A DNA stretch of 41,169 nucleotides from the IMG/VR virus record IMGVR_UViG_3300005824_000019, positions 1 to 41,169 of that record; one strand, 5' to 3'. The notes under the pieces were generated by a model that was not told where the DNA came from, did not search any database, and saw only the letters and a program-made list of their open reading frames with translations. Made by a program: the position numbers and the translations under genes. Below, piece after piece: positions 7,809-17,694 of the stretch (within the stretch, counting starts at the first letter, position 1; every line of letters begins with the position of its first letter). The DNA is from a virus.

Positions 7809-8833
7809 TACCCATTCCCCTGGTAGATCTGCTGCACTTCTGCTTGAGACAAAACGCGATTGTACATGCGATAGTCGGCCAGCGCGCCCCAGGGGGTGAG
7901 TGAGGGAGCCGCCCCTTTCTGCGCGTTCATTTGGAAGGTGCAGTCGCTACTATTACGCCAATTCACGGAGGTCGCATTACCGGAGAAGGTCGGTGCTACA
8001 CCGACGGGTTGACCGTCGATATAAAGGTTGTGGTGACTCGGGGTAGCAGTTATCGCCTGCGCGGTAGCGCAGAAATGGTGCCACTGGTTGTCGAGGTAAT
8101 TAGTGACCCCGTCATAGGCTACGGTACGCCGCGTGCTGGTCGTCTCAGAGGTGGAGCCGGATAAATACTCTACTCGAAACCGGTCAGGTTCTATCCTGAA
8201 CGCATGCCCACTGTACCCGCTGCCCGCGGTGTTCGGGTACGCCGCTCCGCTGCACATATACATCGTCTCCTGTGCGGGGTCGCGCTTGAACCAGAAGCAT
8301 ACAGAGTTCGCGTAGAGAACCCCTCCTTTGTATCGGGGCCTGGCGCAGCTGTTGAAAACCGCGGCCATCTGAACCCCACCACCACCTACCTCGGTAGGCC
8401 CGGGCACCATTATCCCGTTCTGGAAAGTCCACATTTCGCTGTCGACCATGTCGGGTGTATCGACCTTGGTCTCGGGGAACTTACCCCATTGGAGGAGTCC
8501 GCTGCTGATCACCGAACCTACATCCAGCATATAACACTCGAACGAGAAATCACCGCTCAGGAAAGACGATCCGTTTCTCCATGCTATCCTGGCGGTGTTG
8601 CCTGTTACGTCATATATCTGGCAACAGTACCGCTGGCTCCGATACGATGTTCCGGTGACGAAGGGGCGGGCCCACATGATCCGCTCGTTGATCGCGACAC
8701 CGAACGGTTGAGGGAAGGTGATCTCGTATATGCCGGTACTAACCCAACGGCCACTCCACCCACCTAAAGGGTCCTGCCACAGCATGGCCCCGTTGGTGCC
8801 GCTGACCGTGCACCCTCGCTGTATATAGTTCAT
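7808..8833 (-). CDS. Tail fibre / receptor-binding protein with a C-terminal LamG (concanavalin-A-like lectin) domain.
   Basis: C-terminal '...NQWHHFCATAQ...HNLYIDGQPVG...ALADYRMYNRVLSQAEVQQIY' matches the Laminin_G_3 pattern (W.H...LY.DG...D.R.YNR.LS..E). ATGA-type overlap at 8830-8833. Confidence 0.6.
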   Translation of the reverse strand: MNYIQRGCTVSGTNGAMLWQDPLGGWSGRWVSTGIYEITFPQPFGVAINERIMWARPFVTGTSYRSQRYCCQIYDVTGNTARIAWRNGSSFLSGDFSFECYMLDVGSVISSGLLQWGKFPETKVDTPDMVDSEMWTFQNGIMVPGPTEVGGGGVQMAAVFNSCARPRYKGGVLYANSVCFWFKRDPAQETMYMCSGAAYPNTAGSGYSGHAFRIEPDRFRVEYLSGSTSETTSTRRTVAYDGVTNYLDNQWHHFCATAQAITATPSHHNLYIDGQPVGVAPTFSGNATSVNWRNSSDCTFQMNAQKGAAPSLTPWGALADYRMYNRVLSQAEVQQIYQGNG

Positions 8834-9615
8834 TTAAGTACCGCCGTTATGACGATGTCTGTAACGGTGTCCGGGGCATATATGCTGCCGCCGCTGATGT
8901 AGCTGAGATACGTCGAAAGTCTGACTGTGTTTGCTCCATTAATCCCGAACTCGTCGAGGACAGGCACCAGGTAAGAATTAGCGTTATTAGTCCTGATAAC
9001 ATGGGCGTCCGCCATGTTGCTCTCGAAATCTCGAGGCGCAGTGATTCGGTATTTACCGTTGGATTCATAGGTGCAGGTCCACACTCCTCCTTGGCTGGCC
9101 CAAACGGTGACAGGGGCCGTAGCGGTGGGGAAAGAAAACCGCGCGACTTCCTCTGACCACCCACTATCGCGCTCCAGGGCGACCCGTTGCCGGACGCCCA
9201 TGTTGTAGCCGACATAGGCCTGGCCGGTGTCCATCTGCTGGTACAGCGCAGAGGTCTGCGTCGGGATGGTCGTGCTCACGTTGATTATCTGCAGACCGTT
9301 TATCCAGGTGGTGACGCTACTGCTTGCGGTTATAAACGCTGTGGCCCCAGCGAGCCCCATCGTGTCGCCCCAACTGAGACCTCTCTTACCTACCGTCGTT
9401 GCGCTGGAGGTGGTCTGCACATTGTGCGGGCCTGTGGCTGGTAGCGTGACTGCGGCCCCGCTGGACCACATCTGTACGGTAGCCCATTGCGTTCCAAAAA
9501 GTTTTGTGTACCAGCCCGTCGGCCAGACCTTAACGTCGCCGACATAAACTGCGGACAGTTTTGTACCACCCAGGTGCGGCGTGATCGGGGTGGAGCCTTG
9601 GAATATACCGGGCAT
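8830..9615 (-). CDS. Tail fibre-associated protein (261 aa), function unknown.
   Basis: ORF in the fibre cluster, tightly abutted on both sides. The C-terminal 'GKYRITAPRDF' beta-rich segment resembles 'GIYEITFPQPF' at the N-terminus of the next protein. Confidence 0.6.
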   Translation of the reverse strand: MPGIFQGSTPITPHLGGTKLSAVYVGDVKVWPTGWYTKLFGTQWATVQMWSSGAAVTLPATGPHNVQTTSSATTVGKRGLSWGDTMGLAGATAFITASSSVTTWINGLQIINVSTTIPTQTSALYQQMDTGQAYVGYNMGVRQRVALERDSGWSEEVARFSFPTATAPVTVWASQGGVWTCTYESNGKYRITAPRDFESNMADAHVIRTNNANSYLVPVLDEFGINGANTVRLSTYLSYISGGSIYAPDTVTDIVITAVLK

Positions 9616-10262
9616 CAGAACGGTCCGTTATCTTCCCACAACGTGCTGTTAGCCGGGGTCGGCTCCCATACATTGGCAGCGACCAGGCTGGTCCACAGGT
9701 GGACCTCTGTGAATTCCGCGGGCTGGTGGGTGACCTGCACCCCGTCGCCGTAGGCGTCTTCCGATCCGAGGGGTTGCACCCAGGGCTGCGGCCCCTCAGA
9801 TATTGGAACGTAGAATTTCCATAGTGCTGGCGTGACCGGCGGTGCCCATTGCGCCTGGGTTGTGTGCGCCTGGATGCACTCGTACCCGGTGTTCTCGTAG
9901 ATGCGGATGTCACCGACAGATACCGCCACACCGACGGCCCACAAGGGGTATGCTTCCTGCCAGGGTCTGCCGGTGCTCACAGTCGGTTGCGCCAATTCGG
10001 CGATCCGCGCATCCAGCTGGGCCTCGATGCTTGTCTGGTCTTCCAGGTCGATGACCCAGTCGATACAGTCCAGCTCGGTGACGTCCTGGTACGGTTTATC
10101 AGCAGGTGAGTAGTCTCCAGGAATGCGCGTACCGCGCCCGCTCAACGTCGCCGATAGTGTCTCCTGGTTCTTGGTCGCGTTCCACAGGACCAGGTTGATC
10201 CGCCCGGGAGTACCGTCGGGGTTCACACTGAACCTGGTCTCTATAATGTTGTAACTGATCAT
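9615..10262 (-). CDS. Fibre protein with CBM5/12-like (chitin-binding type) carbohydrate-binding repeats.
   Basis: 'WAVGVAVSVGDIRIYENTGYECIQAHTTQAQWAPPVTPALWKF' fits the CBM5/12 pattern (W..G..Y..GD.V.Y.G..Y.C...H.....W.P.....LW). A weaker second copy is 'YGDGVQVTHQ...LWTSLVAANVWEPTPANSTLWED'. I chose the ATG at 10262 (MISYNIIE), 4 nt after the upstream TGA. The track start at 10352 overlaps the upstream gene. Confidence 0.55.
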   Translation of the reverse strand: MISYNIIETRFSVNPDGTPGRINLVLWNATKNQETLSATLSGRGTRIPGDYSPADKPYQDVTELDCIDWVIDLEDQTSIEAQLDARIAELAQPTVSTGRPWQEAYPLWAVGVAVSVGDIRIYENTGYECIQAHTTQAQWAPPVTPALWKFYVPISEGPQPWVQPLGSEDAYGDGVQVTHQPAEFTEVHLWTSLVAANVWEPTPANSTLWEDNGPF

Positions 10263-10266
10263 CAGA

Positions 10267-11364
10267 TCACCCCGTGACGAAGTAGATAGTGTTGGCTTCG
10301 GGCGTGCCCGGGAGAGCGTCCACCACCTCGAACTTGTTTGTCTGCGCGCCATGCACCCCGTTGATCTTGAACAGCCCGGTAATCGACCCGTCGGGCCACA
10401 GATTCATAATCTGGGTCAGCTTCGTTTCCCCTTCGAAATTCACGTTGAACCGCATGTAGGACGGAGTGTTGCCTACTGTCCAATCGGACGCGGCGTTGCA
10501 GATTATGCGACCGCCGTTGGTTACTAACCCGCTCGGATCATTCCCTCTGAAGTCGATGCGGCCCAACGTCTGCCCGCTAGGGATTACACTGGCACCGTTC
10601 TCACGGGTCATCGTCATGGTGCCAGCTTCGTTATCCCCCTTCACATCGAGGACGGGCGCGTCGGCACTGAGTATTTCCAGCTTCGCCTGCGGATTGAGCG
10701 TGCCGATACCGACCAGGCCCTCCGCGGTAAACGTCACCCGCTCGGTCCCGTTGTAGGTGTATCGCATGCGGCCGGTGGCTATGTCGTGCTGGATTCCCCA
10801 CCTGTTGGTCTCGGCGGCGTCCCACAGGGCGAGGGTGGAGCCCGTGTCGTCGGAGATGCGAATCGTGCCTCCGTATAAACTACCCGCTACATGCAGCTGG
10901 TTCTTCGGGTCGGGCGTGCCGATGCCGACGTTACCGGTGTTGGTGTTGACGATGTCATCGGGAAGCGTGCCCGCCTCCCAGCCTATGCCGGTGTCGCCCT
11001 TCACGCCCTGGGGACCTATCGGGCCCTCTGGACCTACCGGGCCCTCCGGACCTACTGGACCGGTGTCACCAGGTATGCCCTGGATACCTTCGGGGCCTTG
11101 TGGCCCCTCATCGCCCTGGGGCCCTTCCGGGCCTGTCTGACCAGTCGAGCCCTGTTCACCCTGGGGGCCCTGGATACCCTGCGGTCCCGTGGGGCCTTCC
11201 GGTCCGACAAAGTTATAGTCCAGGGTGACCCAATCGGTCACGCCGTCGCCCACCTTCGCCTGGAGGGTGTCGGTCTCCAGGCCCATCTCGCCCTGCGCCA
11301 GGACGGGATTGGCCGTGGTCCAGTTGGCCGCGGTGTCGCGCCGTAGTTGAATTATCGAAGCCAT
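10267..11364 (-). CDS. Collagen-like tail fibre with an Mtd/HylP-type N-terminal domain.
   Basis: N-terminus '[45 protein letters not shown]' is the widespread fibre N-terminal motif (major tropism determinant N-terminal-like). It is followed by about 75 aa of G-X-Y repeats and a globular C-terminus. Confidence 0.7.
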   Translation of the reverse strand: MASIIQLRRDTAANWTTANPVLAQGEMGLETDTLQAKVGDGVTDWVTLDYNFVGPEGPTGPQGIQGPQGEQGSTGQTGPEGPQGDEGPQGPEGIQGIPGDTGPVGPEGPVGPEGPIGPQGVKGDTGIGWEAGTLPDDIVNTNTGNVGIGTPDPKNQLHVAGSLYGGTIRISDDTGSTLALWDAAETNRWGIQHDIATGRMRYTYNGTERVTFTAEGLVGIGTLNPQAKLEILSADAPVLDVKGDNEAGTMTMTRENGASVIPSGQTLGRIDFRGNDPSGLVTNGGRIICNAASDWTVGNTPSYMRFNVNFEGETKLTQIMNLWPDGSITGLFKINGVHGAQTNKFEVVDALPGTPEANTIYFVTG

Positions 11365-12689
11365 TATGGCCCTCCTGCTGCGCTACCGCCGTCGATCAGC
11401 TGCGGCGGGGTATACACACTGTTAGCAAAGCCGCCGTCAACCATACCGCCGCCACCGCCCACACCACCAGGCACCCACTCGCCAGAATCAGATAGGACAT
11501 AACCTTCCTCCGTAATCGGGTCCGGCACCAGGCCGGTTGTGCCAGCACCCGCAAATATCGGGAACTGGTCGTCGTTCGGGTACGTCGGTCGATAGGCGTA
11601 CACGGTGAAATAGTTCGCGTTCTCGGCGTAGACCAGGGGCTGCGAAATGTCCGGCTCGACCTGGGTCAATGCCCCGGGCGTATCCTCGGACAGGTAGAAC
11701 CACTCATCCTGCTGGAGCCCGTGCGCGCGATTGTACCGCCCGGTGATCGCGTAGATGAACGTGTTCGCGTCCAGGATCTCCACCACCACACCCAGGGCGG
11801 TCGTCTCGACGTCGTTGGCCTGCGCCAGGACGAACCTGGTGCCGTCCCAGCGGATAGCGTCCAGGAACTGGAACCCGTGCCCTATCTGGACGACAGGGGC
11901 CTCGGTGGGGCCGCCTGAGCCGGTTCCTGGCGGTCCTTGCGGCCCTGGGTCGCCCTGGTCGCCTTTCGGGCCCTCTGGCCCCTCTGGCCCCTCCGGGCCT
12001 TCTGGTCCTGGGTCGCCCTGGATACCCCGGTCACCCTGGACACCCTGCGGGCCCTCAGATCCCTGGAGACCTTGCTCACCCTGGACGCCTTGCGGGCCCT
12101 CGGGCCCTGGCGGGCCGGGTACAGTTGATTCTGGGCCCTCTGGTCCCTGGGGGCCTTGTGGGCCGGCAGGACCTTGCGATCCCTGGGGCCCGGTCAGACC
12201 GCGGGGACCCTGGACGCCTTGCGGCCCTGGGGGCCCTGCTGGGCCGTCTTCTCCCGGCGGACCGGGTTCTCCTGGGGCACCCTCGGGTCCTGGGTCACCC
12301 TGCGGGCCCTCGGGTCCTGTCTCGCCCTGGGGGCCCTCTGGGCCTTCAGGACCGGTCGGTCCGGGGTTTCCCTGGGGTCCGGGTGGCCCGATAGCTCCCT
12401 GGGGCCCAGACGGCCCTGGCGGCCCTGCAGGGCCTGCTGCGGCCGCCCAGCTGCCGTCGTCGCGCAGGAACAGGGCGTTTTCGTTGACTGGATCAGGGAC
12501 CACACCGCTGGTGCCGGCACCCTCGAAGGTGGGCACGTTGCCGGAGGCGTTCTCTACCACCTCGGTGATGCCCTCGATCGAGCCACCGATCTGCTGCAGC
12601 TCGCGGTTCAGGTACCGGCGCAGCTCCTGGTCGTCGGCGGGCGCAGCCTGGGAAGGGCGGTAGGGGCGGAGTTTTATCTTATCGGCCAT
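11364..12689 (-). CDS. Collagen-like tail fibre (441 aa).
   Basis: About 175 aa of G-X-Y repeats with one break ('PESTVPGP'). The repeats are flanked by two copies of the motif '[11 protein letters not shown]...FLRDDGSW' / '[11 protein letters not shown]...VLSDSGEW'. Start taken at ATG 12689 ([10 protein letters not shown]); the track start at 12758 lies inside the upstream gene. Confidence 0.75.
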   Translation of the reverse strand: MADKIKLRPYRPSQAAPADDQELRRYLNRELQQIGGSIEGITEVVENASGNVPTFEGAGTSGVVPDPVNENALFLRDDGSWAAAAGPAGPPGPSGPQGAIGPPGPQGNPGPTGPEGPEGPQGETGPEGPQGDPGPEGAPGEPGPPGEDGPAGPPGPQGVQGPRGLTGPQGSQGPAGPQGPQGPEGPESTVPGPPGPEGPQGVQGEQGLQGSEGPQGVQGDRGIQGDPGPEGPEGPEGPEGPKGDQGDPGPQGPPGTGSGGPTEAPVVQIGHGFQFLDAIRWDGTRFVLAQANDVETTALGVVVEILDANTFIYAITGRYNRAHGLQQDEWFYLSEDTPGALTQVEPDISQPLVYAENANYFTVYAYRPTYPNDDQFPIFAGAGTTGLVPDPITEEGYVLSDSGEWVPGGVGGGGGMVDGGFANSVYTPPQLIDGGSAAGGP

Positions 12690-14409
12690 AGACTGGCAAC
12701 ACGTCGATGTCGATGCCAGTGAAGCGCATCGCGCGCACCTCGGCGAAATCCCACTCAATCGCCAGGTATCGGCCCGTGGTCCGGCAGTCGATCTTCACGT
12801 CGGACAGGGGGCCGTCTTCTGGCGCGGCATTTTCGGTCAGCATCCGGTAATCCTTCCACTCACCCCAGGCCGGTGCCGTCTCCAGGTTGGGAGACCAGCC
12901 CAGGCGGACCCGTAGCAGGCCCAGGCCGACAATATGCGGGTAGATCTGGCGGATATGCTTCCACAGGTTAGTTGTCAGCTGCGGGTTGATCTCGTCCAGG
13001 TCCATGTTGCTCTTGGTGACGATGAATCGCTTGTTCGGGGCCGGCGTTGACAGTTTGTTGGCCCGATACAGTCCGGTGGCGGTCAACCAGAACATCGAGA
13101 TCCGCACCGTCTGGCTGGTAGCACCGCCCTGGAGCTGGCCCCAGCGGGCGTCGCCGAATTCATCCCACCGCAACGTCTGGTCGTCCCAGGTCGGCCCCAG
13201 CTCGGTGAATTCATCCAGGTCGAGCCCGTAAACCATGCAGACGACGCGGTCCAGGCTCGGGCCGTTGTCGCGGTCGACCGCCGCGTCGATCACAGTGTAG
13301 TTATCGTCGTCGTAGTTGTAGACCAGCCCCAGGCGGACCGACTCCGGTATGCTTATATCCCGGCTCAGGACGTCCGGCAGGGCATCGTACTGGACGATCA
13401 CCTCGCGGTTGGTGTAATCGGTGATCACGCGGACGGAAGATTCCAGGTTTTTCACGTTGCGGTAGAACCAGTTGCGGACCCGGTCCTCCGAGACCTGCTT
13501 CACCGTGTTGCCGTCGTGGATGTACATGACGTCGGAGCCAACAACATAGTGTTGGTTCAAGAATTCAGCCGCACCGTAGAGCCCGACGCAGCCATAATCG
13601 AACAGCCGGCGGAAATCCATCACGAATCCGCCGCCCGTGAACAACATCTGGGTCGCCGCGCTGGAATTGTAGATGATCAGGCCCTCGCCCAGGGTCGCCG
13701 CCCACTGAATAGGCCCAGCCTCGAGCCCGATCTGGTTTTTACCGGCCAAATTGGTGGTCGAATTGTAATCCCAGACGTTGCCCTGGTCCTCCCAGAGGTC
13801 CGGAGACTGAAATCCGTCGCTCCACCACACCGTATTCGGCTGGAAGCTGTCATTCTGGGCCCCGATGCTCTCGGTGACGTTGCACGCGACCAGGAATGAC
13901 TTGTAGGGCACGATGAAACGCGCCCTGGCCTGGGTGTCGAAGTTTTCCGTACCGGTATCGCTCGTGATGATGCCCCAGTTGGGCATGTCGATGAACTTAT
14001 CGGTGACCGGGTCGAAGACCTGGGGGGCGTCGGTGCCGTTGTTGAAGACGCAGGTCAGGCCCCAGGCGAATGACTGCCAGTATCCGTCCTCCGGCGTGAG
14101 ATACCCGCTGCCTTCCCGGGTGACGTCCACCCAGGAGGATGTGTCCGAAGACGATAACCACAGTGATGCCCGGGTCGCGACCACGATCCGCACGATGTTG
14201 CCGTCGTAAAATTGCTGGGCCCACATCGCGCCGGCGGGGAAGTTACTGGTTTCTGTGTCGCTTACCAGATCTGGCTCCAGGCACTTCTCGATGTAGTTGC
14301 CCTTGAAGCGCACATTCCGCACCTGGTTCCAGGCACCGATCGGCAGCATCGACGCTGGGGTATCGTCAATGAACCCGAACTTGCCGTAGTTCCTCATCGG
14401 TACGAACAT
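12679..14409 (-). CDS. Large tail structural protein (576 aa), possibly a nozzle / tail-tubular-B analogue.
   Basis: Long ORF between the fibre genes and the collar protein. Assigned by size and position only; no motif recognised. Confidence 0.4.
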   Translation of the reverse strand: MFVPMRNYGKFGFIDDTPASMLPIGAWNQVRNVRFKGNYIEKCLEPDLVSDTETSNFPAGAMWAQQFYDGNIVRIVVATRASLWLSSSDTSSWVDVTREGSGYLTPEDGYWQSFAWGLTCVFNNGTDAPQVFDPVTDKFIDMPNWGIITSDTGTENFDTQARARFIVPYKSFLVACNVTESIGAQNDSFQPNTVWWSDGFQSPDLWEDQGNVWDYNSTTNLAGKNQIGLEAGPIQWAATLGEGLIIYNSSAATQMLFTGGGFVMDFRRLFDYGCVGLYGAAEFLNQHYVVGSDVMYIHDGNTVKQVSEDRVRNWFYRNVKNLESSVRVITDYTNREVIVQYDALPDVLSRDISIPESVRLGLVYNYDDDNYTVIDAAVDRDNGPSLDRVVCMVYGLDLDEFTELGPTWDDQTLRWDEFGDARWGQLQGGATSQTVRISMFWLTATGLYRANKLSTPAPNKRFIVTKSNMDLDEINPQLTTNLWKHIRQIYPHIVGLGLLRVRLGWSPNLETAPAWGEWKDYRMLTENAAPEDGPLSDVKIDCRTTGRYLAIEWDFAEVRAMRFTGIDIDVLPVYGR

Positions 14410-14412
14410 GGA

Positions 14413-15258
14413 TCACCCCGCGACGTAGCAGATGTAGTACAGGCAGCAAAACGGCTGCGTGGCGTTGAAGCTGTGGCTGTGGTTACCCGCGCTGCTGCTG
14501 TTGGTCGTCGGGTGGGTGTGCGCCTGGTCCGCGCCCGCGATAGAGGTCGCGCCGTTACCAGGTGACGTGGTCGTTTTCACGATGGTGTAAGCGAAGGGCC
14601 CGTTGGAGTTGGTCAGTTTCACCGCGGCATATTCCAGGAAACCCACCGGTGTGGGGTTGCTGCCGCTGATGCTCGCCGATCCACCGAACATGCCGTGGCC
14701 GTGACGTGGCATCTGGCCGGATGTCAGAGTGTGCCCTGGCGTCGCGACGGAGTGCGTGTGCGCGCCGGCGTTCTCGGTGTTGCGGTTTTGCTCGCCGGCG
14801 GTGTAGCGCAGCCCGCCCGTCTGGCCCTGGGAGAGTCCGGTCCAGTCGGGGTTCAGCACAAACCGGCCGCGCAGGTCGGGGGTGGTGATCGTCCTCAAGA
14901 CGCCATTACCATCACGGTACTGGTGGGTGCCGCCGTCACACTTGGCCCAGCCCACAGGGATCGTCGCCGCGGTGCCGTACCAGATCGCGATACCACCCAC
15001 AGGAATGCTCGTGCCATCGGGAGAGGTCGCCAGGGCCTCGAGGGCCTTGATCCTCGCCTCCCAGGACGACATGATCCTGGCGGACAGCAGCGTGCTGCCG
15101 TTGTCGCCGGCAATGTCCGCGTCTTCGTAGACCGGCCCGTCGAGCCCGCCCAGGGTGTTCTTCACGTCGGCCTTCAGGGCGTTGAACTGCTCATCGCCCT
15201 GGGCCACCAGATCCTGGCCCGTCGGGGTTCCAGGTTGGATGTCCTTGATATATGTCAT
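14413..15258 (-). CDS. Tail-collar domain fibre protein (281 aa).
   Basis: 'IPVGWAKCDGG...ITTPDLRGRFVL' and 'GQMPRHGHGM', 'AHTHS', 'AHTHP', 'GNHSHS' are the collar motif plus a His ladder, as in 6232..7587. The ATG at 15258 forms an ATGA overlap with the upstream gene. Confidence 0.7.
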   Translation of the reverse strand: MTYIKDIQPGTPTGQDLVAQGDEQFNALKADVKNTLGGLDGPVYEDADIAGDNGSTLLSARIMSSWEARIKALEALATSPDGTSIPVGGIAIWYGTAATIPVGWAKCDGGTHQYRDGNGVLRTITTPDLRGRFVLNPDWTGLSQGQTGGLRYTAGEQNRNTENAGAHTHSVATPGHTLTSGQMPRHGHGMFGGSASISGSNPTPVGFLEYAAVKLTNSNGPFAYTIVKTTTSPGNGATSIAGADQAHTHPTTNSSSAGNHSHSFNATQPFCCLYYICYVAG

Positions 15259-15680
15259 GCCGGTATCACTCCGTACTGGACCAGTTTCTGCTCGAACGCG
15301 AGTATCTTGTCGAGCAGGGCCTGGGAGGCACCTGCAGGAAGCACCACGCTCGGCTCCCACATCTGGTTGTTGGCGTTCCAGGTGAGCACCGCCAGGTCGT
15401 CGGGAGCCATGTTGCTCACGTCCACCAGGTCGCCCAGCAGGAGCGAATCCAGTTTATCAGCTGACTCAGCCGCCTCGGCGGCCGATGCCGCGGATTGGCC
15501 GGCGGATGCTGCTGAAGCTGTGGCAAAGTCCTGGGCCAGGTTGGCGTTGTATGCGCTGGAGTAGTTGTCTCCCTCGACGGGTCCGTCGAGCTTGATTGCC
15601 CAGGCTTGCGCCAGGGCGACCGCTTCGCCTGCTCCGCTGTAGTCGACATCCGGGTCATTCCCTTGGTAGAAGCTGCTCAT
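15255..15680 (-). CDS. Fibre-proximal / adaptor-type protein (141 aa).
   Basis: Ala/Ser-rich segment 'FATASAASAGQSAASAAEAAESADKL', typical of N-terminal parts of phage fibre proteins. Tightly coupled on both sides. Confidence 0.45.
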   Translation of the reverse strand: MSSFYQGNDPDVDYSGAGEAVALAQAWAIKLDGPVEGDNYSSAYNANLAQDFATASAASAGQSAASAAEAAESADKLDSLLLGDLVDVSNMAPDDLAVLTWNANNQMWEPSVVLPAGASQALLDKILAFEQKLVQYGVIPA

Positions 15681-16348
15681 CAGTAGATGTTCCTCACTGT
15701 TACGGTGGAGCCACCCACCTCGTCTTCATCGGTCTGGCCGTTGGTGGCGTCCATGATCTCACGGAATTGCGCGGCCCACACCGGGATTCTCTCGTCGCCG
15801 ATCAGGTAGGCCTGGGCCTGCAGTAGCGCGCCGTACAAGTACAGCCCGGGTGCGTAGCGCAGGGTCCTGGTCCAGTCGTTGTCGTTGACCAGGGGGCCCT
15901 GGGTCTCATAGTAATACAGGGTCACATCCTCGTTGGTTGCGGCCCTGGGGAAGAAGTAGATGTTGTCCTTGATCCGGCCGAACTCGACAGGAACGCCGGC
16001 GGGCACGTTGCCAGTGATCGCCGCGGCGTTCTGCCCGGTGAATCGCTGATCGGTGACCCTGGTCAGGGGTTTGTCGTTGTACAAGACCAGTTTGGCTTCG
16101 AGGTAGTTGTTGGGGATCTCGATCTTGATCTGGTTGGCGAACTTCGCGCCGATGCCGCCGACAGGTGGTTGGTACAGGCCGGTCTCGGATGCAGGGTAGA
16201 CGGCGATCTGCTCGTTACCCGGGCACCGCAATTCGCGGAAAATCATATTCTCCGCCAGCAGAATAAAGTCTGGGATTTTGTCGGTCAGATCAGTACGGTC
16301 GAGCCAATTAGCTATCGACGTTTTGAGCGTTCCGTAGTCCGTTATCAT
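15680..16348 (-). CDS. Virion structural protein, possibly a head-tail adaptor.
   Basis: N-terminus 'MITDYGTLKTSIANWLDRTDLTDKIPDFILLAENMIFRELR' resembles adaptor/connector-type proteins I have seen downstream of capsid genes (memory only). The ATG at 16348 is preferred over the GTG at 16354. Confidence 0.35.
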   Translation of the reverse strand: MITDYGTLKTSIANWLDRTDLTDKIPDFILLAENMIFRELRCPGNEQIAVYPASETGLYQPPVGGIGAKFANQIKIEIPNNYLEAKLVLYNDKPLTRVTDQRFTGQNAAAITGNVPAGVPVEFGRIKDNIYFFPRAATNEDVTLYYYETQGPLVNDNDWTRTLRYAPGLYLYGALLQAQAYLIGDERIPVWAAQFREIMDATNGQTDEDEVGGSTVTVRNIY

Positions 16349-16739
16349 GTGCACCGCCTATGTGATTGGGCACCACGATACGGTTGCCTGTGCCGACGCG
16401 GGTGGTGCTGTGTTGAGTATGCAGCTTCGAGAAATCCCTGGACAGGAAATACTTCATGAACTCCTGGCGGACGGTCCCCTCTCTGCGCGCAAATTGCTCC
16501 ATCGTATAGCCTTTGGACTTCAACCAATCGGTGAGTACCACCACCGGGACGCTACCGATGAACTGCCTGCCCGTGGGATTGACCTTCGGGGTCTGTAACT
16601 CCTGGGCCTGGCGAATCCGTGCCACGCGATCCATAGCGGGCTGTAACTCTTGAGTCTGGTGCCGATAATCGACACCAGACTCATGAGCAAAGCTGCGAAC
16701 GTAATCGCCCACAGCTCTGGTTATGTGCTTCTGAGCCAT
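16308..16739 (-). CDS. Hypothetical protein (143 aa) directly downstream of the capsid gene.
   Basis: ORF whose start abuts the MCP stop. Its 3' end overlaps the next gene by about 41 nt. Confidence 0.5.
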   Translation of the reverse strand: MAQKHITRAVGDYVRSFAHESGVDYRHQTQELQPAMDRVARIRQAQELQTPKVNPTGRQFIGSVPVVVLTDWLKSKGYTMEQFARREGTVRQEFMKYFLSRDFSKLHTQHSTTRVGTGNRIVVPNHIGGAHDNGLRNAQNVDS

Positions 16740-17662
16740 TATACGGTCAGGTTCTTCGGCACATTGTCCACGATGGCGTGGGCCTGGGTGTTCAACACGG
16801 CGAAGGTCGATTCGCGCAGGATCTGCCGCTTCTCGTTGTCGCCGGTCTTGGCAATCGGCCAGTCGCGAGTAGCTCGCAAGACCGGGGTCGCCAGGTAGTT
16901 GAAGTCCAGGAGCAGGATTGCGTTGTTGGCCTGGGACATTTGACGGTCCAGAACAACATCCAGCTCACCGTAGGTGGAGACGTACAGGTCGATCACGTTG
17001 ACCAGCATCTTGTCGTTGCGGATGTCGCGGTTGCGACCTGCGCTCAGAGCAAAACCGGCGAAGTAGCCAGCGGTCAGGGGATCGGTCACTGCGTAGCCGG
17101 GGTTGCCGCCCACAGTGTACGTCGCCAGGTGCGCTTCCAGGAGGAAAGTCTCCAGGTCCGCTACCGTGGTCGCGCCAGTAGCGTCAACGATGTTGGCCGC
17201 GTCCACCTGGGCGTAGATGGATGCCATCTCGCGTGCAGTAGTCGCGTCACCGGCGACAGCAGTCTGGCGGGCACCACCAGGTGCGCCGACGATTGCCATC
17301 TCCTCGTCATTGGCCAGCTCGCCGTAACGCAGCTCAAGCTGGTACGCCATTTCTGAATTACGCCCGTACTTCTTGACGTCTTCCAGGGTGCCGGTTACCT
17401 GAGCCACTTTGTCCATGATCTGGCAGTAGTTCTGCAGCTCAGTGACGGGCTCTGACACGTCGTCGCCGGCGTCCGCGCCTTCCACTTTAGCGTTCTTGCC
17501 AGAAGGCTGGAGAACGTCCTGGGTCCACTCGTGGATCTTACCGGTGGCCTGGGTGGTGCGTGACATCGAGGCAACAGGGTTGTCGATGGGTGAAATGTTG
17601 TAGATGTCGTCTACAACGTCCTCTGCTTGGCGCAGCTGCTCGTATGTATCAAAACCAGGCAT
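16739..17662 (-). CDS. Major capsid protein (SU10/P22-class HK97 fold).
   Basis: 'VVDDIYNISPIDNPVASMSRTTQATGKIHEWTQDVL' matches the N-terminal signature of this MCP family (d.iyniSP.dtP....a....HEW..D.L). Strong SD GGAGGG. Positioned after the scaffold gene. Confidence 0.75.
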   Translation of the reverse strand: MPGFDTYEQLRQAEDVVDDIYNISPIDNPVASMSRTTQATGKIHEWTQDVLQPSGKNAKVEGADAGDDVSEPVTELQNYCQIMDKVAQVTGTLEDVKKYGRNSEMAYQLELRYGELANDEEMAIVGAPGGARQTAVAGDATTAREMASIYAQVDAANIVDATGATTVADLETFLLEAHLATYTVGGNPGYAVTDPLTAGYFAGFALSAGRNRDIRNDKMLVNVIDLYVSTYGELDVVLDRQMSQANNAILLLDFNYLATPVLRATRDWPIAKTGDNEKRQILRESTFAVLNTQAHAIVDNVPKNLTV

Positions 17663-17694
17663 GGTATGCCCTCCAAAAATAAACCATTACAAGA

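Noticed and set aside
10267-11364. Possible diversity-generating retroelement, because the fibre N-terminus resembles the Mtd (major tropism determinant) N-terminal domain.
   Set aside because: No reverse transcriptase ORF exists anywhere in the genome, and I found no template/variable repeat pair. The Mtd-N-like motif is widespread in ordinary fibre proteins.
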